Shown here one piece after another: positions 12,310 to 24,900 of a DNA stretch of 64,000 nucleotides. Below the pieces are notes generated by a model that ran no database searches, was not told the DNA's origin, and saw only the letters and a program-made list of their open reading frames with translations. Position numbers and translations under genes: made by a program. Where the stretch lies: NCBI GenBank assembly GCA_030704615.1, contig CM060733.1, positions 63,550,001-63,614,000 on the forward strand, written 5' to 3'. The stretch is from Takakia lepidozioides (lineage: Eukaryota > Plantae > Bryophyta). Each line of letters begins with the position of its first letter. The first letter of the stretch is position 1.

Positions 12310-14420
12310 CACAGCATCTGGATTGATGGCATTGAATTAATCAGGTCCACTGCCTCATCCAGTTGTCCCGCACATCCAAGAAGGTCCACCATGCAGCCAA
12401 AGTACTTTACTGTCAGAGTGATACCATGATCTTGACTCGGGGAATCCCAGTAGCGTCTTCCTTCATCCAGTAGGCCAGTGTGGCTGCATGCAAAGATAAC
12501 ACATATAAAGGTGATATTGTCCGGCTTCAAACCGCTCGCATTCTTTCAAATAGTTGCAGGACCTCCCTACAACAACCATGTTGGGCACATCCTGCAATCA
12601 TCGCGTTCCACGATCCCACATTTCGTTCAGCCATATTCCCTTTGCATCCTCAATGCACCCACATTTCAGATACATGTCCACCATGGCAGTGTCCAGAATG
12701 ACAATTGGTACAATTCCAACTTTGATGATGTCACCATGCACCTCTTTGCCCTTTTCCAGGGCTGCCAGGCTTGCACAAACATTGCAAACGCACACAAACG
12801 TGATGTTGTTGCGTTTCACCCCTTCTCCCATCATTTGCTCATAGGTCTCCAAGGCACGTACATGAAGGTCCACCATGCAGCCAAAGTGCTTTACTGGCGG
12901 GGTGACACCATGATCTTGACTCAGGGAAGCGTCTTCCTTCATTCAGTAGGCCAGTGTGGCTGCATGCAGAGAGAACACATATAAAGGTGATATTGTCCGG
13001 CTTTAAGCCGTTCCTTTATATTCCTTCAAATATTTGCAGGACCTCCCTATGACATCCATGCTAGGCATATCCTGCGATCATAGCATTCCACGACACCACA
13101 TGTCGTTCAGCCATATTGTCAAATACTCCCTTTGCATCCTCAATGCACCCACATTTCGCATACATGTCCACCAGGGCAGAGTCCAGAATGACATTTGGTA
13201 CAATTCCAGCTTTGATGATGTCACCATGCACCTCTTTGTCTTTTTCCAGGGCTGCCAGGCTTGCACAAGCATTGCAAACGCACACAAATGTGATGTGGTG
13301 GCACGTCACCCCTTCCCCCATCATTTGCTCATAGGTCTCCAAGGCCTCCATCCCGCGCCCCTGCTGTACATATCCTGCAAGCATGACACCAAATCTCATT
13401 CAGCCATATTGTTGAACACTCCCTCCGCATCCTCAATGTTCCCATATTTGGCATACATGTCCACGAGGGTATTGATCAGAATCACATCTGGTACAATTCC
13501 AGCTTTGGCGATGCAACCATGCACCTCTTTGCCCTTTTCCAGGGCTGCCAGGCTTGCACACGCACTACAAACGCACACAAACGTGATGTGGTCAGGCTTC
13601 ACCCCAAGGTTCCCCCATCATTTGCTCATAGGTCTCCAAAGCCTCCATCCCGCGCCTTTGCTGTGCATATCCTGCAATCATCGCACTCCACGACACCACA
13701 TCTTGTTCAACCATATTGTCGAATACTCCCTTCCTACATGTCCATGAGGGTATTGTTCAAAATGACATTTGGTACAATTGCAGCTCTGACAATGTTGCCA
13801 TGCACCTCTTCGCCCTTTTCCAGAGCTGCTGGCAGGCTTGCACACGCATTGCAAATGCACAGAAACATGATGTGGTTCACCCCCTCCCCCATCATTTGAT
13901 CATAGGTCTCCAAGGCCTCCATACCACGCCCCTGCTATCCATACCCTGCAAGCATCGTGTTCCATGTGATCAAAGATCGTTGAGGCATTCTGATGAACAC
14001 TTGGTGAGCATCCATGATGCTGCACTTAAGCAAAAGACAGACATTCGTATCTGAATCTGCTGAAATGCCTCATTTCATGTTGTGAGGGAAAAACAGGGTG
14101 AAATGTGTTGAAGAAGGTCCTGGGCTGCCAGGCTTGCACACACACTGCAAACGCACACAAACGTTATGTGGTCGGGCTTCTCCCCTTCCCCCGTCATTTG
14201 CTAGGTCTCCAAAGCCTCCATCCCGCGCCCCTGCTGTGCACAGCCTGCAAGCATCGCAGACACCACATCTCATTCAGCCATAGTGTTGAGCACTCCCTCC
14301 GCATCCTCAATGCTCCCACATTTGGCATACATGTCCACGAGGATATTGTTCAGAATCACATCTGGTACAATTCCAGCTTTGGTGATGCAACCATGCACCT
14401 CTTTGTCATTTTCCAGGGCT
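12310..14420 (-). pseudogene. PLS/E-class PPR pseudogene array 3, convergent with arrays 1-2
   Basis: PLS triplets plus two copies of the terminal P2-L2-S2 block ([23 protein letters not shown]...FGCMVDLLGCAGQLDEAVDLINSMP) at about 12310-12560 and 12860-13050. No DYW domain seen. Confidence 0.9.
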
Positions 14421-15258
14421 GTCACCAATGACTGGGGTCAGAAAAGTATTTATTCCACAGCTTCTCCTCATCTCTATTACCTTTTTTTGGCTGCTTTCAT
14501 GTTGTGAGGGAAAAACAGGGTGAAATGTGCTGAAGAAGGTGCCTTGATTAGCAGTGCCTGATTTTATCAATTGTGCCGCTGCTGCTGCGGCTTCCAGTTG
14601 ACCATCTACCCATGCAAGTCTCTTGTAGCTATTGATCCACATGGATTCACATGTACTCTTCTTGGATGAATCTGGACCCACATTCTATCCCTGCTCCTTC
14701 AGCTATCCATGCCTCTGCACAAATCATGCATACATCCTTGCCTTGCTGCTAGCAGTTGACAATGACAGCCTTGACTTGTTCTAGGAAACACACAACTCAA
14801 CTCATCACACTAGTTCCTATGCTAAATTGCATCTGCTACTCTCTGATTGCATCTGCTTCTCTCTGTAGTCCAACATGCATTCACCTTTTTGTCTCCATTG
14901 TCCCACCATTGACTGGGGTCGGAAAAGTGTTCATTCCAAAGCGTCTCCTCGTCTCTGTTATCTATTTCCTGCTGCCACATCGGCAGTAACTTGTCAAAGT
15001 CACTCCAAACCATCAGAGATCCACCCAACGAGCTAACTCACAGAATTCAATATGCATCTCAGGGCCGAGTCTGATGAGAGGGCAAAACAGGCTGAAATAG
15101 GTTGAAGAAGAAGGTGCCCTCACCACATTGTCCTTGATCTTGTGTCACGACCCAGGAGACCATCAACCCAAAATGACCTCTTGTGTGTGCTGCTTGTGTG
15201 TGCTGCTTGTGTCTGTAGTCAGGTAATGTGGGATTGGTCTGTGACACGGTGCAGCTAA
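14421..15258 (-). pseudogene. OSB-type PDF-motif repeat exons abutting the PPR array
   Basis: NPTLPDYRHK; EETLWNEHFSDPSQWWDNGDKK followed by a GT donor; GPDSSKKSTCESMWINSYKRLAWVDGQL; DEEKLWNKYFSDPSHW*; repeated linker GTFFxxFxPVxPS. Confidence 0.7.
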
Positions 15259-15399
15259 GCGGGGAGAGATTGAAACACGACCTCCTAAGACCAAACTGAC
15301 TCTCCCAATAAGCTTGTAAACATCAGGAAGAATACCAAATCATGGTACTAATAGGAGCCAAGAACCCACATTTGCAGGATGGACAAACTTCTTCACATC

Positions 15400-15570
15400 A
15401 TACAGTCTCCAATGCCTCCATCCCACATCCATGTTGGGCAAACCCTCAGCCATATTGTTGAACACTGCCATCCTCCATGCTCACACACTTCGCATACATG
15501 TCCACCAGAGTAGTGTCCAGAATGATGGTTGGCACGATTCCAGCTTTCAATGGCAACATGGACCTCTTTA
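15400..15570 (-). pseudogene. Degenerate PPR fragment
   Basis: KEVHVAIE...ILDTTLVDMYAKCVSMED...VFNNMAE across frameshifts. Confidence 0.7.
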
Positions 15571-16289
15571 GAGCTTGAAATCCGGTCCTCTTGCATGAAT
15601 CTGAACGTAACTTATTCATTCCAGAGCTTCTCCTCGTCTATGTTATCTATGAAAAAGGTTCTACATGTAGGATCTCCCTCTGAGATCGCTGTGTGAAACC
15701 CCTTCGCGCTCAAGGACGCGGGGGCATCGTCAACCCTTCCCTGCGCACACCTCTCCGGGGTATTTTCCGGTTATTTTCGGGCATCCCGGGCAGCCCGGGC
15801 AGATTCCAAAGAAATTGACAACGACAGGTGGCGACGAAACGTGGCGACAATGACGTGGCACTATGGCACCCTATACCTGCTCTACGCTAAACTAGCTTCC
15901 GACCTTCGGTCATCGCTAGAACTAGGGCTTCGTGTTGCTCCGCACTACTAGCGACAAATTCTGAGAACTACGTTCAATTTTCACAATTAGACAAGATAGT
16001 CTAAAGGGATGGCTGTCACAGGCATTACGAAATTGCATGCATGTTCCTTTGCATCGTGAAAGTAGGTGCCACTTAGGGAGTCACTCATCAGGGAGTCACT
16101 CAGGTAGATATTAGTCATCTAGGTTTATGCAATTTTGCTACATTTGATTGTCAAGTAGTACAGGATCTGTTTTAAATCTAATATGTGTAGTATTGTCTTA
16201 AGTGTGAAGTGTGCACGAGGTACAAAGTCTTGGGGCAAGGCGGTTGGAGACCATGCAACACACTTGCGAGGTTGAACCAATAGCCCCAC

Positions 16290-17200
16290 ACCCTAAAGCT
16301 GAGCGGTGAAGTGGTAGTACGTCGGGAGCACCTCAGAGGCCGAACCAATGATGTGAGTGTCGTCAGCAACTGAGGAAAACTAGCACGTTGGGAATGCTGC
16401 TGCAGATGACATAAGGGTGCGCAGATGTCCCATGGCAAGCAAAGGTATCCCAAAGGATCGCCCTGTCGGGTGCCAACCTCAGACTGGATGACGATGTAGT
16501 TGCCTGTACGAAAACTGTAGAAAAAGGGGGCGGCAAAAGCATAAAACAGTCTGACGAAAGGGATGAGTTGGTGGAATTCTCCTCCAGCTGAGCGAAGTTA
16601 TTGAGTTGAAGGCGTTTGCTATATCGACTTGAAACACAACCGAGTCCGGGTGAAGGTTGAGAATAGCCCGATTCCATGTACCATAGCCTCACAATCGTCT
16701 GGAGTGGCAAAACCAAACTGATGTGGGAAGAGATGGGTAGAGAATGCATCACGGTACTGCATGACAAGGGAACGGCTGAGAAGACGATACAAAACTTCCC
16801 CGATAACAATGGGACGGATGCCATTTCCAGAGTGCTTGGTCATGGCTAGTAGTCAGGAGTCTCCAAGAAGACGTGCCACTGGAGAAGGGATGCGGCCAAC
16901 GGCGATGTAGGAACAGACTTATAGTTGGGAAAAACCACTAGCGGAGTCTTGAGAAGAAAAGCAGTCGCGCAAATGTTCGTATAACATACCAGATGGTCTT
17001 GGTGCGGAAAGATGCGGACTGCGGATAAAGGCCTTGGTGAACAGAGAGAGATCTAGCTGAAGGTCCTGATCCTGCTCGAAGTCATTGACAAAAGCTGAAA
17101 AGATGTTGTCTGCCTCAGGATGGAGGTCCTGTAGAGCGACAATAGTGTCCGTAGAAGGTGGGGCGGGGGCAATAGTGTCCTCAAGATTTCTCCATCCCAT
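16290..17200 (-). mobile_element. Degenerate CRE-like non-LTR retrotransposon RT fragment
   Basis: SAPRPSG, GIRPIVIGEVLYRL, PHQFGF...CEAMVHGI, GTRQGDPLG and an ADDTH-like motif spread over shifted frames. Confidence 0.7.
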
Positions 17201-18961
17201 TCTTATAAAATGCAGCTCAGGAGACGCAGAGCACCCAACCTATTTTTCTCCCTTTCATCCATTGGAGGAGCACGAGCTATTAAGTGGATACATATTGCAA
17301 TCACATCAGACTCTAACATGAGTAAAACTTCTGGGGGTACATGCGAAAGAAAAAGAGAAAGGATAAACTTGATAACCTCGACTTGAGCCCAAGGCCCCAT
17401 CATACACAAAGAGAGTACAAAACGAAACTGTTGAAGTCCACTCTAAGGCTGAAGGGCTCCAGACACACAAATATATTACCTTTACCAAAAGTTCAAAAGG
17501 ACACATCAGTAAGATAAAGATAAAGTTTCTTTAACGTCCAGTGAATTTACAGAGCCCACTGCTCAGTAAGAGAGAGAGACACATCCACCAAACACCACAA
17601 GGTCCAAAGGTACAGTTTATCTTGGATGCGAAAGACTGCTTTGGAAATTGTGGCATTCAGATCTAAGAACATTACAACCACTCTCTCACATGACAGGCTT
17701 GGGAGGGCATTCAAATTCTGCAAAAGTGATTCAACGCTCGACCCAACCAAATTAATGATAGCATGATTCACAAAATGGAAAATAACATCTTGCAAGGGTA
17801 GTATCTACCTTTACAGAGCCCAATTCAAAAATATACTGAGCCCTCCCTCCCAGTTGTGAAGGGAAACCAATGCTACCAGAATCCCATAGTTTAAATTCTT
17901 TGTATGTTAATGGGACTTTCATGTTGACAACCAAAGATTTGCTGGGATGCTTAATTATTGTACTATACTTCTTGAGTAAAATCTTCTGCATGAAGTGTCA
18001 GTGAGGCAGATGGGAGAGCCAAAACTATTTAAGTAACCTGCAAAAGCACACCACAAGAACTTTCATTAAATTTCCAAAAGTCTACACCTAGTCTTGCAGA
18101 CTCCACCTTCTGTAGGCTACGGCAGACAGCGTTTCATGAGTACATTCTCTACCTTACCTCTTTCCTCACATAGACAGAAACAGTAGAAACAATGTACTCA
18201 TAATTGTAAAGACAGCCAGTTAGCATGAAAATGCCATAACTCCCTAAGGCCACCAGCAAGACTTACCTGGTGTCAACCACAACTGGGACTAGCTCATCAA
18301 CTAAAAGATTCCCCGAGGAGATACAGTGAGAGGGGACTGCAATTGGTGCATTTATAGAAAATGGAGAAGAGGGCAAGGAGGAGAGATAGAACCTGATAGC
18401 CATGTTCGTGAAGCACAGCCTTGTAGCAATCCAGTGACAACTAGACATCTGCAAAAATCAGCCCGTATGAAAGTCAAGATGAAATAAAGCTACTAAACAC
18501 ATACATATTAAGAATTGCTTCCGTAAAAGGGGCTACCACTAAGGAGAGATCACTGCAGGCTCCCAAGGTGCTTAAAATCACTTGCGTACCTTATTTAAGA
18601 GAAGTATGTACTCCTTCCACTGCTTGCTCTAGTCTTTGCATTACCCTAACCCCACATTGTACGTATTGGGAAAGCAGAGAAAAGAGCAAGGGGGAAGAAA
18701 TACAGGGAGAGAAAAAGAAAGAGATAAGGATGTCCAAAGGGCCTACGGGTCACATTAGCACTACAGGAGAAAACCAGGAAAATGAGAAGACATTTATCAT
18801 GGCCGTGGGAGGCTTACAGAGGAAGTAAGAAAGAGGGAGGGCTTAGCATAAGCAATGAAACGGACACATTTCCCGTGTTGAGCAATTGCACTGGACACAA
18901 ATTGGCCAACCAAGAGTAAAACTCAGAATTGAGAACACAACACATTCTGCCACATGCAGGG

Positions 18962-21900
18962 TCAGCGTACCCTAGGCTTTGACACAAAAATTGTGCTCCA
19001 CTTCCCCTTCAAAGGGATAAATGTGTTGTGCAGCCATTGGGCTCCAGCCAGAGAGGGCCGGTGGAAGCCCAGACTGTAAGACCTGCAGGCCAGTGCGAAC
19101 TGAACAATATCAAAGGCCCCACATGATATTTGCTTAAAAGTTTTGCTTCCCATGCCTTGCTGCCAATGGGCGCCTTGGGATGGAGCTTCTTCTATGAGTG
19201 ATCTTTTCGGCTTCCATGCTGATGCCATATCACCAAAACAGCTTACAAACTGAGTCTCTGCAGATTACAACAGACAAGCAGGATTCCTTAAGTTATTACA
19301 TGGATATAACCATAGACTACTACATCTAGCAAATATGCACTAGAAAAAAAATTCGAAAAGGGTACCTGGGAGATCCACAGCTTCATTTGCTAATGCATCA
19401 GCATCTGAGTTCAATTCCTGCATGCATACATGCATGCAAATGTCACCACACACCACATACCTCCTGATCAATACCAGCATGTTTGGAAAGCATCCTAGGT
19501 ACAATAGGTTCAGACAGATTGACAAACTCTAAGAGCATAAGCTGTGTCCAGATATTTATTTTGAAGGCCATTAGTCAAAGATCGATGGATATGGTTTGAA
19601 GGTATGAACACTAAAGGTTAGTTATATTGTAGGAAGATGAGAGAGAACAAAGGGAGGAATAAAAAGAGGAGAGAAATTACTACCATAAACTTGCTTTCAA
19701 AATAAGATGAGGATGAGTGTGAGAGGATGAAGATTGGAAACATGGCAAGAAAAACAAAAGAGGTGATATAATCTCAAAACCAGGCCAAGACCTGAAATTT
19801 ACCCTGTCAATATGACGAATGGAGCACTCGGCAAAGTTCTGGATCAAGTTGTGTGCTTCTCGGCATAGGGGAGCAAGAGTCGCTTGGTTTACTTTCCAGT
19901 TCCCTAGCACCTTAGTTCATCACCATTCCAAATTCTTAGCGAAACAAAAGAGATGATGTCAGTGCTCATATCACTAGCATAACTCCTGGAGAATACCAGG
20001 AGGGAGAGAGCTCTATGTACTCATTAGAGGATGCATGCAACATGACACCTTCCAGCTGTGAACCTTGTGCTGGATTTGGATGAAGCAGAAGATGGGGAGG
20101 GGAAAGACTGAGAAACCCCATTTCCATGAAATGCCAGATAAAGCCTTGTTTGCCGTAGACTTGTGGCCAGAAAAGCCAAGAGAGAGAGTTTAATTTAGTC
20201 ATGTCAAGAATTGTCCAGTCCTAGATCACTTAAATCTGCTCCTGTTTTGTTTAACGACATCATACATCTGGACCTGGTCCAGCTCCTTCAATATAGACAC
20301 TAGCATTTTACATAGAAACCTCACAAGTCCTGCAAAACTCCTTCCTAGATTCCACAAGTAGAGTAGAAACCCCCATAGATTTTTACTAGAATATTTCGTA
20401 GACTCTGTGTAGAAGTCAAAACTGCAGCTATGAGAAAAGCCATAGCTCAGCAGTTAAGGGATTGGTTCTTTGAAGCTGTTCTGCAAATTCAAAATGCTCC
20501 AGGTGTGCATACTTGAGCCCCTAGGAGGTCATAGTGTCACAGTGAATCCATGTAGGTGATACCTATTTCAAGGTAGGAATGAAGAATTATAGTAGGCGTA
20601 TTCTTGTCAAAATTCCATCGTATGGCAAGGCTGCCACTGAAAAGGTCCCAACATCTTCCTACAGTCCATCAGAAATTTGAGACTAACACAAACATGTGTT
20701 TTCTCTGAACACCATTCCACATCGAGTATGAGGCAGCAAGAAGGCTTCCCTTATGCCCTTTTCTTTCCTTTTGACAGTCCAAGCATGTCTACCCTCTAAA
20801 GCAAGTGAAGCTGCCTCACCTGGCCCCATTATGCGCACACCCACCAACCAATAGATTAGTAATTTGCATAGAATTCCAGGCTTAAATGGCTTGACAGTTG
20901 TTATCCATGTCCACTTTAGCTAGGAGACATTCATGGATTGCAAGAAATGAAATGAAATGGTACTTTATAACGTCCGCGGAAAGCTCAAAGAGCTTATGGG
21001 ACAAAAGGGAAAAGCAGGAAAGAAGAGACAATACCATGCCAAAAGCAGCCCAGAAGCAACTACTGCTCAAGGGATTGCCCAAGGGCCAAGGCCTCATGCA
21101 GATAAGCTGCCAAGCACTTCTGATCCTCATAATGGAAGACTTCAGTGAGAGATTGGGTTCCACAGAATAGACAGTTGAATCTCCCACGGATCTCATAGTA
21201 TAGAGGGCAATAAAAGAAGAAGTGTTCTTCAGTTTCGATTTCCTGGTTGCGCCCGGTGCACGCTGGGCATAGGCGATCCTCCCGTTGCAGGTTTTCCCAT
21301 CTACCAGTGTCTATCCGTAGATTGTAGGAGCCCACCCTGAACTGCCCCAATGCCCTGAGGAGGGAGGGAGATAAAGGCGCCGAAAGGTAATTGGAAAGGA
21401 AAGGTAAAAGGAACGAAAGAAAAGACAGCATACCAGGGGGTGGGAGGGTGGTAGTATCTCTTGCAACAGTACAGCGGCAAAGCAAAGCATTGCTTATGCT
21501 TTTACAGCAGCACTCAACATTGCCTTTGCATCTTCAATGCACCCAAATTTGACATACATGTCCACCAGGGCAGTGTTCAGAATGACATCTGGTACAATCC
21601 CAGCTTGACGATGTCAGCATGGACCTCTTTGCCCTTTTCCAGGGCAGCCAGGCTCGTGCACGCATTGCAAATGCAAACAAAAAATGAGAAGACCAGCCAG
21701 GGCTTCTAACATTATAGGGTAGCTTCTTTCCTGACATGTAGGACGGCTGCTTTAGGTTAGGACATAGGGAGAACCCTACTCCGTTTCCCATTATCCCATT
21801 CTGTTCTAGGCAAAAAAAATCCTAACAGAATAACGGGATTAGGCAATTCTTTGAGTGGTATCACCAAAACTTAGCCACCATCAAAGATAAAAGCAAGAAG

Positions 21901-24900
21901 GAATGTACTCATAAGACGTTGTTTGCCGATGTTTGTGTATCATGATAAAAGCAAGAAAGAGATTGTACTCATAAGACATTGTTTGCCGTAGCCTTGTGGC
22001 CATTGACCCCGCGCCCAGTTTGAACGGAACATAAAAAGGGACAGAAACTACCTTTGTCAGGGGCTGACGCCGGTAGTATGATTTACCTTGCAATAAACAG
22101 TTGATCCGAGATTTCCATATATCCTCCAGAAATCCCTTCACACAAGCATCAATCTGATGTGTGTGATTTGCCCAATAGCTAGACCCCAAAAGCGCCTGGG
22201 CTTTTGGCTCAGCCTCAAGATTTTCAAAGTTGTTAAACAGAGGTACAGGCACAATTTCCTTGATGGAATGGAAGAGGGTGTCCGTTGGTGAGAGTACCCA
22301 GGACAATGAATCAGGAAGTGAATATTGTCTTCAGGTTGCCCACACAACGGGCACTTACAATCCCCCTTTCCTCTCTGCGACTGTTTGTTGTTCAAAGGTA
22401 GGCTACCCGCCCTGAGTTTGAATTTCAGTCTAGTGCCGAGGGTGGGTAGACCCTTGAGGTCATCCATGATGGCCTCACCCATGTCACAGACTGGAAACAG
22501 GTTGAGGGAAGTTTTCTGCCTAACTTCATTTTCTTCAGACAATTTCCTGGCAATAGACATGGCTTCGGAAACTTCAGCTTCTAAGCCAGATTTATCCAGT
22601 AGGGTCATGGCTAATGGACTAAGATTCAGATCCTTGAAAATCTCTTCTACCCTTTTCCGCCAGGATTTAGCCTGTTTGACAGGGCGGTCCTGCTTCCAAG
22701 ATATAGAGTCGATTAACTTAGGATATCTGGTATTAGCCATACGTTGCAGCTGACCCCACCATCTGATTTTGAATTCATCGCGTTGGGAGCTTAAGGGAGG
22801 AATGCCAAACCCACCCCGAACAGCCACATTAGCTGTTTTGGAGCATGCTGACATGCACTCCTTGAGCACCCCGACTTGGATGGATTCAAGAGACTTAGCC
22901 TGGTTGGAGTTATCAACCCATACAGCAGATGCATACTCCAAGGCCGGCCTGATAACGCGGCAAAGCATGGTTTTTATTTTACTTCAGAGTTGATCCCTCT
23001 GCAGTGGAAAAATTTAGTGAGACCCAGCGCTTTGCGTTTGCCAGATTGAACCACTCTTTGAATATGTGCTTCCCAATTACAGTTGGAGGAAAACTCAACA
23101 CCAAGATAGGTGTAGGAGGGGAGAACAGGGATCTCTTGGCTTCCCCACTGCCACTTGAGATCGCCTCCTCCTTCCCCCCGGTCGTTGAATGCCACCACTG
23201 TGCATTTACTGACATTGGCCTCTAGCCCCCAAAGATCAATGTATCTCTTCGCGCAATCTATCAGCCCCTGGAGGTTGGAAGGAGTCTCCCCTATGCCTGC
23301 GAAGTCATCCGCAAACATAAGGGCTGGTATGGTGGCATCACCCACCCTTAACTTGCCTTACCAGCAGAAATGTACGAACAGCTCAACAAGCAATCTCTCA
23401 ACACCCGACAGGATCAAGGAATCCAGGAGTGGGGTTAGCCAAATCATGGATAGAGAGAGGGACAGGGATCAGGCAATTCTTGAGTGGCGTTACCAAAACC
23501 TTAGCCACCACCAGGATAAAAGCACGAGAGAGGGACAGAGGGGAGAGAGAGAGAAGTAACAACCTTTCCAAATCTTGACAAGTGAGAAAAAAGAACCTGT
23601 TGGCACACAAGGTTGGAGTCCCCTTGGACTCTGACTCGATATATCCCTCTGTCAAGCGCTCCACGTAAACCCAAGAGTAATGCACGATACTCTGCAACAT
23701 TATTGGTTGTTATGCCCAGCCCTTCTCTCAGTTTGCACACCTGTAGGCATTGACATACACAAGCCATGTTACTTACAGAAGGATTGGAGTACTTGGATGG
23801 CCCATATTAGACCACCTTAAAATGCCCAAAACATGGGTCACCTCTTTTCCTTGGTTGCATGATGTGTATGTTCAGTGAGTGCTCGAGACCAACAAGGCCA
23901 TTCAAAACAGTTGCAACTTCTGTGGGCTTTGACTTCGCACCACAACCCTAGGAGGTGCCCTAACAAAGAACGAGCTTGTGCTTTCCCTCAACATTGCCTA
24001 CATATGTGTGGAAGAGTCTCAGACAAAAAGAAAGAAACACTATAAAGGCCACACAGGGCCACGGGACAAGATAGTCTGGGTGGGTGGGTGGGTGGAGGTA
24101 GAGACTAAGTCCTTTTTAGTCCACACACCAGAGAAGTTGAACACTAGTCACGACTGCACCCTTAGTAGTCCTCAGCGCTTGTACTTAGACGGCTGTGAAG
24201 GGCCAGCCAGAATCTCTTGTCATTACCACCATGGTGATTTGAGTTTATTTTACTGTATAACTTGTCCCAATATATTTTCTTCTGAGACCTGATTGATATC
24301 TTTGCGGATCTCGTAGTACCTAACCCACAATTCTTTGTTGACTTTCATAATGCAGCACTCTTTAGAGGACTCGTCTCTCGTCTATCTTGAGTTTGATCTC
24401 ATGGGTTCACCAATTTAAAGCTATATGCTGCAGACAATTAGTTTCCTCCCAATGATCTTGTCAGCCACAGAGGAGACGAAACTCTCCCAAGAATCCACCG
24501 CTCTCTCAACTTCATTTCTTGCATCACCAGAGCGAGACTGAAGATCTTGGACTGAACGGACAAAGTGAGGGAGAGCCTCTTGCAAGGCCTGGAACATACT
24601 CTCTTCATTTTGGAATTTTTCTTTGCGCCACTTCTGAAATTGAACGTTTCACAGATCTCTTGGTGTCGGGGAAATACCTTTTGATCTCAGTCCAAACCAG
24701 AAAGTGGGCAGAGGTACCAATATCAGTGCTGCCAGTAAACACATAGGCAGTCTGGGGAAAAAAATTCTTGTCCAATATGATATAATCCACAATGGATCGT
24801 TCCCCGGTTTGGGCTTTCTAGCGAGTCCACTGCACAAGGTCTGATCTACAATTCAAGGTCAGAAGCTGGACTTCTTCCAGGCAGTTTACTAACCGTCTTC

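Noticed and set aside
9571-13899. Long ORFs antisense to PPR repeats (e.g. 9571-10140, 10032-10730, 13034-13747)
   Set aside because: Shadow frames of repetitive PPR coding sequence.
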